Assembly: GCA_964016885.1 (NCBI GenBank)
Contig: OZ024762.1
Location: 14,818,001 to 14,882,000, forward strand
Length of the DNA stretch: 64,000 nt
From: Eledone cirrhosa
Lineage: Eukaryota
Reading direction: 5' to 3'
Shown: positions 13,860-26,847 of the stretch, in pieces
Numbering within the stretch: the first letter of the stretch is position 1
How the letters are laid out: each line of letters starts with the position of its first letter
Notes under the pieces: model-generated
The model's database searches: none
Told to the model about the DNA's origin: nothing
The model's input: the letters and a program-made list of their open reading frames with translations, nothing else
Made by a program: the position numbers and the translations under genes

Positions 13860-15783
13860 CACCTAGCTATCCAACAATCTACACACCCTCCCACCTAGCT
13901 ATCTGTCCACCCACCTAACTATCTACCTCCGTCTACCTACCCACCTAGCTATCTGTCCACCCCTCTAGCTATCTACCTCCGTCTACCTACCCACCTAACT
14001 ATCTACCTCCATCTACCTACTCACCTAGCTATCTACCTCCGTCTACCTACCCACCTAACTATCTACCTCCGTCCACCTACCCACCTAGCTATCTACCTCC
14101 GTCTACTTACCCACCTAACTATCTACCTCCGTCTACCTACCCACCTAGCTATCTACCTCCGTCTACCTACCCACCGACCTAACTATCTACCTCCGTCTAC
14201 CTACCCACCTAACTATCTACCTCCGTCTACCTACCCACCTAGCTATCTGTCCACCCACCTAGCTATCTACCTCCGTCTACCTACCCACCTAACTATCTAC
14301 CTCTGTCTAGCTACCCACCTAGCTATCTGTCCACCCACCTAGCTATCTACCTCCGTCTACCTACCCACCTAACTATCTACCTCTGTCTAGCTACCCACCT
14401 AACTATCTACCTCCGTCTACCTACCCACCTAATTATCTACCTCCGTCTACCTACCCACCTAACTATCTACCTCCGTCTACCTACCCACCTAGCTATCTAC
14501 CTCCGTCTACCTACCCACCTAGCGATCTACCTCCGTCTACTTACCCACCTAGCTATCTACCTCCATCTACCTACCCACCTAACTATCTACCTCCGTCCAC
14601 CTACCCACCTAGCTATCTACCTCCGTCTACCTACCCACCTAGCTATCTACCTCCGTCTACCTACCCACCTATACTATCTACCTCTGTCTACCTACCCACC
14701 TTACTATCTACCTACGTCTACCTACCCACCTATCTATCTACCTCCGTCTACCTACCCACCTAACTATCTACCTCCGTCTACCTACCCACCTAACTATCTA
14801 CCTCCGTCTACCTACCCACCTATCTATCTACCTCCGTCTACCTACCCACCTAGCTATCTACCTCCGTCTACCTACCCACCTAACTATCTACCTCCGTCCA
14901 CCTACCCACCTAGCTATCTACCTCCGTCTACCTACCCACCAACACTATCTACCTCTGATACCTACCCACCTAGCTATCTACCTCCGTCTACCTACCCACC
15001 TAGCTATCTACCTCCGTCTACCTACCCACCTAACTATCTACCTCCGTCTACCTACCCACCTATCTATCTACCTCCGTCTACCTACCCACCTAGCTATCTA
15101 CCTCCGTCTACCTACCCACCCAGCTATCTGTCCACCCACCTAACTACCTACCCACCTAACTATCTACCTCCGTCTACCTACCCACCTAATTATCTACCTC
15201 CGTCTACCTACCCACCTAATTATCTACCTCCGTCTACCTACCCACACAACTATCTACCTCCATCTACCTACCCACCTAGCTATCGACCTCCGTCTACCTA
15301 CCAACCTAATGATCTACCTCCTTCTACCTACCCACCTAATGATCTACCTCCGTCTACCTACCCACCTAACTATCTACCTCCGTCTACCTACCTAGCTATC
15401 TACCTCCGTCTACCTACCCACCTAGCTATCTACCTCCGTCTACCTACCCACCTAATTATCTACCTCCGTCTACCTACCCACCTAATTATCTACCTCCGTC
15501 TACCTACCCACCTAGCTATCTACCTCCGTCTACCTACCCACCTAACTATCTACCTCCGTCTACCTACCCACCTAGCTTTCTACCTCCGTCTACCTACCCA
15601 CCTAATGATCTACCTCCGTCTACCTACCCACCTAACTATCTACCTCCGTCCACATACCCACCTAACTATCTACCGCCGTCTACCTACCCACCTAGCTATC
15701 TACCTCCGTCTACCTACCCACCCAGCTATCTGTCCACCCACCTAACTACCTACCCACCTAACTATCTACCTCCGTCTACCTAT
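13860..15783. repeat. 30-bp minisatellite (CTATCTACCTCCGTCTACCTACCCACCTAR)
   Basis: About 60 copies; grades leftward into degenerate TCTA/CCA simple repeat. Confidence 0.95.
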
Positions 15784-16010
15784 CTTTATATTCTACGCAA
15801 GCATCTCTTTTCCTCTCTCTCACTCTCTCTCTCTCTCAACCTTTCCTCAATTTCTCTCAATTTCCAACTCACCCTTTCTCTCAATCTCCCTCAATACCTC
15901 CACTCCCTCTCTTTATATATATATGATGGCTGCCCCCTCGTATTCGAGTATGGCCATTGCACGAGGAGAAAAAAAAAATTAATAAATAAATAAAAAAAAA
16001 AATAAAAATA

Positions 16011-16041
<31 letters not shown>

Positions 16042-16258
16042 TACATACACACATACACACATACATACACATATACACACACACATACATTAATAACAAT
16101 AATAATAATAATAACAACAATAATAATAATATACATATACATATATATATACACATACACGCACACACATAAGCATATCTATACGCACACACACACACGA
16201 TAGCAACTAACAGCGCTGCGATCGAATGTGGCTTTTTACATATATATATACACACACA

Positions 16259-16938
16259 CAGGGTGTCCCCAAAAAATGTATACACACGTTGATTACCTAT
16301 ACAGTCAATATTTATTAGAATACACAGCCTTTCCCAAAAATAAAATTTAAATAATTGTTTCTACTTTTGGCGCAAGGCCAGCAATTACTCAATACATTAC
16401 TGGTACTTTATTTTATCGACCCCGTAAGGATGAAAGGCAAAGTTAACCTCGACTGATTTGAACTCAGAACGTAAAGGGCCATAACTCTATGCTGCAAAGC
16501 ATGGTGCCCGACGCTCTACCGATACTGGCAATCCACGTAATTTAAATAATTGTTTCTACTTTTGGCACAATTACTCAATACATTACTGGTACTTTATTTT
16601 ATCGACCCCGTAAGGATAAAAGGCAAAGTTAACCTCGGCGGGATTTGAACTCAAACCATAAAGGGGCGTAACTCTTTGCTGCAAAGCATAGCGTCAGGCC
16701 CTCTACCGATACTGCCAATCCACCGCCCTTGATAATTGTTTCTACGTTAGGCACAAGGCCAGCAATTACCCAGTGTATTACTGGTACTTTATTTTATCGA
16801 CCCCGTAAGGATGAAAGGCAAAGTTAACCTCGGCGGGATTTGAACTCATACGTAATTTAAATAATGCATAAAAAATAGAATTTATTTGAATATATTTTTT
16901 AAAGATTGAAATGTGTATACATTTTTGGAGACACCCTA
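16259..16938. mobile_element. Tc1/mariner-type MITE hosting the SINE trimer
   Basis: TIRs CAGGGTGTCCCCAAAAAATGTATACAC / GTGTATACATTTTTGGAGACACCCT; the interior matches 41352-41566 in reverse. Confidence 0.8.
16353..16849 (-). mobile_element. Three tandem tRNA-derived SINEs (Deu/Nin-domain-like)
   Basis: Copies 16353-16536, 16548-16728 and 16733-16849. A box TGGCAGTATCGG and B box GAGTTCAAATCC; core GCCTTTCATCCTTACGGGGTCGATAAAATAAAGTACCAG. The third copy is 5'-truncated at the B box. Confidence 0.85.
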
Positions 16939-16945
16939 TATATAC

Positions 16946-17007
<62 letters not shown>

Positions 17008-17093
17008 ATAATAATAAAATTGAAGACTAAAATCCAAAGAGGGCTCGATAAGGAAAATATATATCAAATATATAAGAACCGTAGAGCAAATAT

Positions 17094-17140
<47 letters not shown>

Positions 17141-17570
17141 CAATATCAGAGATAGTTTAAAGCTAAACTCTGACTGGTAACCATCTCACTCAACAAACAT
17201 TAGGTTATATTAAAATATAAACCCAATTTAAGTGTTTGGGGTGCTAACAATATGTATAATGTGGAAAAACCAGTTGTATTATTTTATGAGAAATAATTAA
17301 AGTTAAAGTATATATATATATATATATATTGTAAGTCGACCTACAATTAGGAATGAGTAGAAAGCACTCAATAAGGGTAGGTCCTTAGACATTACGTTTA
17401 AATAGCCTGACAAATTGAAAATTGCGGCAGGCAAAACCCAACCATAGAATACCAAAACAACGAAAAAACTAATCAGGTTAATATATATAATTGTTTCTAC
17501 TTTAGGCACAAGGCCAGCAATTACCCAGTGCATTACTGGTACTTTAATATATATAATGTTATTACAACAG

Positions 17571-17613
17571 GCAGACGAGATGTATCAAAGAACGGTGGAA
17601 TCTTCCAGCATTG
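17571..17613 (+). other. Candidate 43-bp internal exon
   Basis: ACAACAG| ... TTG|GTAAGT; unique sequence, open in all three frames; the acceptor pyrimidine tract is weak. Confidence 0.3.
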
Positions 17614-18368
17614 GTAAGTCTATTATAAAGTTGTTAACATCTCTTATATTTCTCCTCCACCATCACTACCATCTCCACCAGCACAGCTAACACCACCACC
17701 ACCACCACCATCTGCAGCATCTCCACCATCAACATCACCACAACCATCACAGCTACGACCTTCTCTACCATCACCACCACCACCACCATCTCACTACTTT
17801 TACACTATCGTACCAATTGCTTCATCTTAAACACCACCACAGCCGCCATTACCACCATAACCACCATCATCATTACGACCACCACCACAGCACTACTGCC
17901 ACCATCACTATTGTCAAGTAAACAGTGTTTTTCGTTGTCGTCGCAGCTACCACCACCACCATCACCATCATCATAACAATCAGCCAACCTCGTCACCTGC
18001 GTCCATGTTCTTAACACTACCCTAACCACATTCACCACACCATCAACAGTTATAATGAAGTCTTGGATAAACAATGGATTGAAAATACAATGAGGTGGTC
18101 ATGGCTGGACAGTTTTGACTATTGTGCTTAGTCTAAACTAACCTGGGGTTAAATACCACTAGGAATTCGATCGACAAGATCCTAGAACTTATTTGCCTAC
18201 AGAGTTAAGTGGAACTCGTCAAATTGGACCAAGGAAACAATGTTTCCATTGGTCTTTCCATTGCTGATATTATCTACTAGTTTACAATTCCTGGCAAAAG
18301 AAAGGAGCTGATTGTTAGATTGGACCAAGGAAACAATGTTTCCATTGGTCAGCCCATTACTGATACTA

Positions 18369-18985
18369 TGGTTCGTATCTGTTCTAGATTGGAGCCAAAC
18401 CAAAATGATTGGTGTGTTCTAGATTGGAGCCAAACCAAAATGGTTCTTGTGTTCTAGATTGGAGCCAAACCAAAATGGTTCTTGTGTTCTAGATTGGAGC
18501 CAAACCCAAATGATTGGTGTGTTCTAGATTGGAGCCAAACCAAAATGATTGGTGTGTTCTAGATTGGAGCCAAACCAAAATGGTTCTTTTGTTCTAGATT
18601 GGAGCCAAACCAAAATGATTGGTGTGTTCTAGATTGGAGCCAAACCAAAATGATTGGTGAGTTCTAGATTGGAGCCAAACCAAAATGGTTCTTGTATTCT
18701 AGATTGGAGCCAAACCAAAATGGTTCGTGTGTTCTAGATTGGAGCCAAATCCCAAATGGTTCGTATCTGTTCCAGATTGGAGCCAAACCCCAAATGTTTC
18801 GTATCTGTTCTAGATTGGAGCCAAACCCAAAATGGTTCGTATATGTTCTAGATTGGAGCCAAACCTAAAATGGTTCGTGTGTTCCAGATTGAAGCCAAAC
18901 CCAAAATGGTTCGTGTGTGTTCTAGATTGGAACCAAACCCAAAATGGTTCGTGTGTTCTAGATTGGAGCCAAACCAGAATGGTTT
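18369..18985. repeat. 35-39 bp minisatellite (GTTCTAGATTGGAGCCAAACCAAAATGRTT..)
   Basis: 35-bp period from 18381 to 18731, longer variants afterwards. Confidence 0.95.
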
Positions 18986-19100
18986 TTTCGGCAATGCAAG
19001 AAATCCCCTAACTCCCTACGACTCTCTCGGGAGTTACGGGACCATACATACACACATATGGCCAGAAACTAAGTGAGGTGTGAATAGGTTGACATTAGAT

Positions 19101-19284
19101 CAGGCATGTCAAACTGTGTTGTCTGAGGGCGACACACGACAACTAATTGTGCACATTACAATTATTTTTTTCTTATTTTTTTAATATTACAAAGATAAAA
19201 CATGCTCGCGCTGTAAAAACCTTTGTGCGGGCCGCATGCCTACTTGTAAAGGGCTGCATGCGGCCCGTAGGTTTGGCATACCAA
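19101..19284. mobile_element. hAT-type MITE
   Basis: TIR CAGGCATGTCAAAC / GTTTGGCATACC; 8-bp TSD CATTAGAT at 19093-19100 and 19285-19292. Confidence 0.8.
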
Positions 19285-19897
19285 CATTAGATAGTGTAGT
19301 CCTAGATACACTGTCTGAATAAAGGAATTCGATCAACAAGACCCCATAACCCATTTGCCTAGAGAGTGGGTTCGAACTCGTCAACAATTCAACGCATCAC
19401 CGTAAAAGTTTTAATAATTAAATTAGGTTTAACAGAGACTCGGAACCGGACTTGAATCTCTGCTCTACTTATTCCATAGTAGATCAGAGACTCGGAACCG
19501 GGCTTGAATCTCTGCTCTACTTACTCCATAGTAAACATCTTTACAAGCGATGAATTGGCAGAGTTGTTAGAACGTCGGATAGATAGAAGACTTTACGGTC
19601 GTAGTTTCCAAAGTGGGTTTCCTGCAAAGGAGTGTCTGTGGTTCCGTGAAAAAGCGTAGAGGAGTATATTTATATTACGACCAAAAGTTTCTCAGTCAAA
19701 AAGGCTTCCGCGTTTGAAAAAGTTTGAGAAACCCTGGTATAGAAATACGTGTGTTGTATTGAAGCGAATAACTTGTGTCTACTCTAGGAGTTTACATAGC
19801 ATTACCTATTGAGTACGGTGAGATGCAACCGGTACTAGCAATGAAACCTACGCTAGTCCCGTCAATTTATTATATATATATATATATATATATATCA

Positions 19898-20021
19898 ATG
19901 ATATTAATAAATGGAAACTATATTTATAAAACCATATTTATTCTATATTTCAAGGGTACCAAAACTTTGGTACGCTTTCATCAGATAAAATACAAAGTTT
20001 GTTTTATAAATATTGACATAA
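19898..20021 (-). mobile_element. Family C HHR element, degenerate
   Basis: TCATCAG at 19978-19984 with family C flanks; stem II GTACCAAA/TTTGGTAC. Confidence 0.6.
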
Positions 20022-20230
20022 CCAGGAAGGAGATCTTAACGGTTCAAGTTTTTCCTGGATAGATAGATCCCTTTTGCTTATATATATATATATATATGTA
20101 TATATATACACACATACACACACAGTGTCCCAATAAATGTATACACACTGTACAAGCAATATTTATTGGAATGATATATACATTTTGGGGGGAAAACTCT
20201 GTAAATACACACATACATAAATACACACAC

Positions 20231-20610
20231 AGTGTATTATATATATTTTATCAAGCCATGTTCATTTTCATATACATTCACAGACACAGACTTGGACACA
20301 TATATACACACAGAGATTCACAGACACACACATACATACATACATAGTGTATTATATATATTTTATCAAGCCATATTTATTTTCATATACATTCACAGAC
20401 ACAGACTTGGACACATATATACACACAGAGATTCACAGACACACACATACATACATAGTGTATTATATATATTTTATCAAGCCATATTCATTTTCATATA
20501 CATTCACAGACACAGACTTGGACACATATATACACACAGAGATTCACAGACACACACATACATACATAGTGTATTATATATATTTTATCAAGCCATATTT
20601 ATGTTCATAC
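20231..20610. repeat. Tandem repeat, 111-115 bp unit, about 3.3 copies
   Basis: Unit starts at 20231, 20346, 20457 and 20568. Confidence 0.9.
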
Positions 20611-20804
20611 ATACACACATACATACATACATAAATACACACACACATACACACACACACAGACATATAAAAGATGGGATTTATTAAATTACTTAATTGG
20701 TGATGTTAGTGTAAATCAAAGTGGAAGTATATACATGTATGTGTGTGTGTGTATACATATATATATATGTGTTTGTGCGTATGTACATGTATGTGTGTGT
20801 ATAT

Positions 20805-20881
<77 letters not shown>

Positions 20882-20943
20882 CACACACACACATGTATAT
20901 CATATGTACAAATATACGGGTAAAGATAAGGATTTCATCACAC

Positions 20944-20992
<49 letters not shown>

Positions 20993-21241
20993 GAGAGACA
21001 GAGAGAGAAAGAGAGGAGAGAAGAAGAGAGAGATTGAGAGAAGCATATTACACATACAGTATTTTTTTTTTTACTCATTTTTTAAGCTGATTGACAAGAT
21101 TAAAAACAAAACCGAAAAATTGTATGTAAATTATTAATCATTTGGTCTGGACTGAATTAACACGATAAAGAAGTAATTATATATATATAAATAAACATAT
21201 AAACATATATACATATATATATATATATATATATTTAATAA

Positions 21242-21272
<31 letters not shown>

Positions 21273-21283
21273 TGTACACACAC

Positions 21284-21330
<47 letters not shown>

Positions 21331-21333
21331 TGT

Positions 21334-21365
<32 letters not shown>

Positions 21366-21884
21366 GTACATATATATATACATATACATATCTATATATA
21401 TATATATATGTGTGTGTGCGTGTGTGTGTGTGACCCAAACTACCTTATGGCAATAGGAACAATGCAATGATTAACCCTTTTAATACCAACTTATCCGACC
21501 CACCTGAAATTGCCAGTAGTTATGTGTGTGTGTGTAGCTATATTAAGGTTGAGTCAGGCTTATCAAACGTGTATGTGGGGGGGGGGGCACAGACCGCCTT
21601 TTACATCCGTTTAATAATGATTAAGTTATATATATTACTAAATCTCTTCAAATTTTTAATAATTATGAAAACAATTTAGAAATTATTTCGTTAGAAATTA
21701 TTTCTTTAGAAATATGGTAATGAAGGTTTTAGGAAATGTACTCCAATAAGACTTAAGGGTCAATGAAGGAGCGTGGTCTAGAAGTTATAGTGTTGAACAG
21801 GTGATTATAATACGGTGGGTTCAATTCTTAGGCCTGGCAACGTGTTGTGTTCTTGAACATGGTCAGAAACAGGTAGAAACCTAT

Positions 21885-22700
21885 CAAGACCAGGTAGGAA
21901 GCTATCAGCTATGACCAGGTACGAAACAGTGAGCTAATACCAGGTATGAAACTATCAATTAAGACCAGGTAGGTAATAATCAACCAAGACCAGGTAGGAA
22001 GTTAGTAATCAAGAGCAGGTACGAAGCTATCAGCTAAGACCAGGTACGAAGCTCCCAATCAAGACCAAGTACGAAACTATCAACCAAGACCAGGTACGAA
22101 GCTGTCAACCAAGACCAGGTACTAAGCTATCAGCCAAGACCATGTACCAAGCTGTCAACCAAGACCAGGTAGGAGGCTATCAGCCAAGACAGGTAGGAAG
22201 CTATCAGCCAAGACCAGGTACGAAGCTGTCAGCCAAGACCAGGTACGAAGCTCCCAATCAAGACCAGGTACGAAGCTATCAGCCAAGACCAGGTAGGAAG
22301 CTATCAGCCAAGACCAGGTACTAAGCTATCATCGAAGACAGGTAGGAAGCTATCAGCCAAGACCAGGTATGAAACTATCAACCAAGATCAGGTACGAAGC
22401 TGTCAGCCAAGACCAGGTACGAAGCTCCCAATCAAGACCAGGTACGAAGCTATCAGCCAAGACCAGGTAGGAAGCTATCAGCCAAGACCAGGTACTAAGC
22501 TATCATCGAAGACAGGTAGGAAGCTATCAGCCAAGACCAGGTATGAAACTATCAACCAAGATCAGGTACGAAGCTGTCAGCCAAGACCAGGTACGAAGCT
22601 CCCAATCAAGACCGGGTACGAAGCTCCCAATCATGACCAGGTATGAAACTATCAACTAAGACCAGGTACGAAGCTGTTAGCCAAGACCAGGTACGAAGCT
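21885..22700. repeat. 25-bp minisatellite (GACCAGGTACGAAGCTATCAGCCAA)
   Basis: Variant units recur with a 174-bp higher-order period (22325 vs 22499). Confidence 0.92.
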
Positions 22701-22974
22701 ACTAGAACCAGGGAGAGATAGGAACCCATCACAACCAGGTAGGAAGCTATCAAGGCCAGATAGGACATTATTAGAGCCATGTAGGAAGCTATCTGACCCA
22801 GGACCATGTAGGAATACATCAGCCAACAAACAGTGAGGCGTATTTGGAAGAGATGGGTAGACCATGAGCTAAGATCAGTGAGATTTTTGGCAAAAGAAAA
22901 CCCAGGATTGGAACCGAGAAATGATCGCAGGAAGCTCTGAGATCATTTGGGGGAAGGACAGACAAAATAGGGGT

Positions 22975-25130
22975 TGAAGATGACAGCCAAGGATTGGACA
23001 GAAGAGGATTTGGTGATGACAGGAAGGTTATGACAGGAATGAGGTTGGAGATGAGAGGGATGAGATGATAGTCAAGGATTGACAGAAGAGCGGTTGGTGA
23101 TGAGAGGAATGAGGTTGGAGATGACAGGAATGAATGACAAGGGAGGTTGGTGATGACAGGAATGAGATGACAATCAAGGATGGACATGACAGAAGAGAGG
23201 TTGGTGATGACAGGAGAGAGGTTGGTGATGATAGGAGAGAGGTTGGTGATGACAGCAGATAGGTTAATGATGACAGGGGAGAGGTTAGTGATGACAATAG
23301 GTTAATGATGACAGGAGAGAGGTTGGTGATGACAGGAGAGAGGATGGTGATGACAGGAGAGGTTGGTGATGACAGGAGAGAGGATGGTGATGACAGGAGA
23401 GAGGCTGGTGATGACAGGAGAGAGGTTGGTGATGACAGGAGTGAGGTTGGTGATGACAGGAGAGAGGTTGGTGATGACAGGAGAGAGGTTGGTGATGACA
23501 GGAGTGAGGTTGGTGATGACAGGAGAGAGGTTGGTGATGACAGGAGAGAGGCTGGTGATGACAGGAGAGAGGTTGGTGATGACAGGAGAGAGGATGGTGA
23601 TGACAGGAGAGAGGTTGGTGATGACAAGAGAGAGGATGGTGATGACAGGAGAGAGGTTGGTGATGACAATAGGTTAATGATGACAGGAGAGAGGTTGGTG
23701 ATGACAGGAGAGAGGCTGGTGATGACAGGAGAGAGGTTGGTGATGACAGGAGAGAGGCTGGTGATGACAGGAGAGAGGTTGGTGATGACAGGAGAGAGGA
23801 TGGTGATGACAGGAGAGAGGTTGGTGATGACAATAGGTTAATGATGACAGGAGAGAGGTTGGTGATGACAGGAGAGAGGTTGGTGATGACAGGAGAGAGG
23901 TTGGTGATGACAGGAGATAGGTTGGTGATGACAATAGGTTAATGATGACAGGAGAGAGGTTGGTGATGACAGGAGAGAGGTTGGTGATGACAGGAGAGAG
24001 GTTGGTGATGACAGGAGATAGGTTGGTGATGACAGGAGAGAGGTTGGTGATGACAGGAGAGAGGTTGGTGATGACAGGAGAGGGGTTGGTGATGACAGGA
24101 GAGAGGATGGTGATGACAGGAGTGAGGTTGGTGATGACAGGAGAGAGGTTGGTGATGACAGGAGAGAGGATGGTGATGACAGGGGAGAGGTTGGTGATGA
24201 CATAAGTGAGGTTGGTGATGACAGGAGAGAGGTTGGTGATGACAGGAGAGAGGATGGTGATGACAGGAGTGAGGTTGGTGATGACAGGAGATAGGTTAAT
24301 GATGACAGGGGAGAGGTTGGTGATGACAGGAGAGAGGATGATGACAATAGGTTAATGATGACAGGAGAGAGGTTGGTGATGACATAAGTGAGGTTGGTGA
24401 TGACAGGAGAGGGGTTGGTGATGACAGGAGAGAGGATGGTGATGACAGGGGAGAGGTTGGTGATGACATAAGTGAGGTTGGTGATGACAGGAGAGAGGTT
24501 GGTGATGACAGGAGAGAGGATGGTGATGACAGGAGTGAGGTTGGTGATGACAATAGGTTAATGATGACAGGAGAGAGGTTGGTGATGACAGGAGAGGTTG
24601 GTGATGACAGGAGAGAGGATGGTGATGACAGGAGAGGGGTTGGTGATGACAGGGGAGAGGTTGGTGATGACAGGAGAGGGGTTGGTGATGACAGGGGAGA
24701 GGTTGGTGATGACAGGAGATAGGTTGGTGATGACAGGGGAGAGGTTGGTGATGACATAAGTGAGGTTGGTGATGACAGGAGAGAGGTTGGTGATGACAGG
24801 AGAGAGGATGGTGATGACAGGGGAGAGGTTGGTGATGACATAAGTGAGGTTGGTGATGACAGGAGAGAGGTTGGTGATGACAGGAGAGAGGATGGTGATG
24901 ACAGGAGTGAGGTTGGTGATGACAATAGGTTAATGATGACAGGAGAGAGGTTGGTGATGACAGGAGAGAGGATGGTGATGACAGGAGTGAGGTTGGTGAT
25001 GACAATAGGTTAATGATGACAGGAGAGAGGTTGGTGATGACAGGAGAGGTTGGTGATGACAGGAGAGAGGATGGTGATGACAGGAGAGGGGTTGGTGATG
25101 ACAGGGGAGAGGTTGGTGATGACAGGAGAA
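22975..25130. repeat. 21-bp minisatellite (GAGAGGTTGGTGATGACAGGA)
   Basis: About 100 copies with 19-bp variant units. Confidence 0.95.
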
Positions 25131-25454
25131 AAGAGAGCAAGACTGGGAAGGAGAGGAGAAGAGAGAGAGGAGAGAGCAAGGCTGGGAAGAGGGGGAGAAG
25201 AGAGAGCAAGGCTGGGAAGAGAGAGAGAGAGAGACAGACAGAATTGACCCTAGTAGGGAACTGTTACTTATTCTGCCTTAAAAGAAACGAAAGGCAATTT
25301 TCACTTTGGTGGAATTTTGAACCAATGAGCGCAAATCCGACGCCAGGTGGTGCTATTAAATTAGCCGGAAATGGGAACTAAAGTCAAGCTCTTCTTAGCT
25401 CCCTTGAATTTTAAGGTTGCGTATATTTATACCTTTTCTTACATCCACCTACAT

Positions 25455-25588
25455 CAGTGGTTCCCAAAGTGGGTTTCGTAAGAAAAGGTAGAGGAGTATA
25501 TTTATATTACAGCCATATAACAGTATTAGACTTCGGGGTTCTCCCAAAGGTTTCTGAACCAAAGAGGGTTCTGCGTTTGAAAACCATG
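25455..25588. mobile_element. hAT (Charlie-like) MITE
   Basis: CAGTGGTTCCCAAA...TTTGAAAACCATG; 8-bp TSD ACCTACAT on both sides. Relatives at 3843-3992 (reverse) and 19603-19737. Confidence 0.8.
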
Positions 25589-26050
25589 ACCTACATTAAC
25601 CCCCATATATTGTAAGGCTGATGTAGCGAATTGGTAAAGTCGTTAGAACGTCGGATAGAATGCTTTGCAGTATTCGTTCCCACTCTCCGCTCATTGAGTT
25701 CAAATCCGAGCGAGGTCCACTTTGTCTTTCATCCTTTCGAGGTCGATAAAAAAAAGAGTACCAGTCAAGTACTGGGGTTGATTCTTCCTTTATATATCTT
25801 TCTCAGACCCTACCCTTTGCTAGAGGAAATCTGATGTGTTCAAACCTGGAGAGGGATTGACTACGTCAGGTTTTAAAATACCCAATGTCAGTATGGCGCC
25901 CCTACGATTAAATCATGAGTAACGAGTCCATACATGATCATGGGGGACAACTTGATTTCGAGTAATGCAATCGCTTGATACTTAAGCATAAGCAACGTGA
26001 ACGTGGTTTACTAGTCATGCATCGCAAAGAATGTCACATATCAAGCGATG

Positions 26051-26410
26051 GTGGATGGCTGCTACACGAGAATGCTGAGGATGGCTCTGAACATTAATCA
26101 GTATACACTGAGGATGAAGAACTCAGATCTGTACGGGAGTCAACTTGGAAGAGACACAGAGGAAACTGAGGTTAGCTGGACATGCTCACCGACATCCAGA
26201 GTTGACACTGCACTCAGTGCTCCTGTGGGAGCCCCTGCATGGACACACTGGAAGAGGGAGAACGAGGTTTACATATATTGATGCCCTAAGGACAGACACT
26301 GGTCTCTTGGAGACGCAGGACATGGCAGCGATAATGAGGGACAGAGACCGCTGGAGAGAACTCGTCCATGGATCTCGGGAATTTTACCCGCCTTAGATAG
26401 TTAGATAGAG
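26051..26410 (+). mobile_element. RTE/RTE-X-like LINE 3' fragment with TSD
   Basis: DGCYTRMLRMALNI.., LRLAGHAHRH, GRGRTRFTYIDAL, DRDRWR; (TAGA)n tail; 11-bp TSD ATCAAGCGATG at 26040-26050 and 26411-26421. Confidence 0.88.
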
Positions 26411-26724
26411 ATCAAGCGATGCTTGTGCTTGAAGCTTTTTTAAGCGCGGAAAGGCTTAGCACTTTCTCACTCTCTGAACATCGAATGCATTTACCCAAAA
26501 AAGAACTGGTCTACATCATTGAATGCAAATGAAGTCGCAGGTTTTATATCAGAGTGACCTTTTCCTAGAGAGATGTCTTAATGAAGACTAGAAGTCTATC
26601 ACTGCATACACACGTACGTACATACATACATACATGCGTACAAGCATACATACATTCATACATACATGCGTACATACATTCGTACATTCATACATACCTA
26701 CATACATACTGCAATACTGAATGT

Positions 26725-26847
26725 TGATTGGTTGGTTATGACACGTACGATAACCAATGGATGACGTGTGATATACGATGGTGGGAAGTTGCAGTTCGAC
26801 TATCGGAATGCGCATGCCCAACTAAAGAGCGGAAGTGCTGACTCATG
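26725..26847. promoter_or_regulatory. Promoter/enhancer-like motif cluster
   Basis: ATTGG 26727, CCAAT 26754, TGACGT 26762, TGCGCATGC 26809, CGGAAGTG 26830 and TGACTCA 26839, all within about 120 bp. Confidence 0.55.

Noticed and set aside
18369-18985. CRISPR-like appearance of the 35-bp array
   Set aside because: No unique spacers, no cas genes, and a eukaryotic context.
23028-25209. SSPTSLL / VMTGERL / GDDRREV repeat ORFs
   Set aside because: Translations of a 21-bp array with frequent 19-bp frameshifting units.
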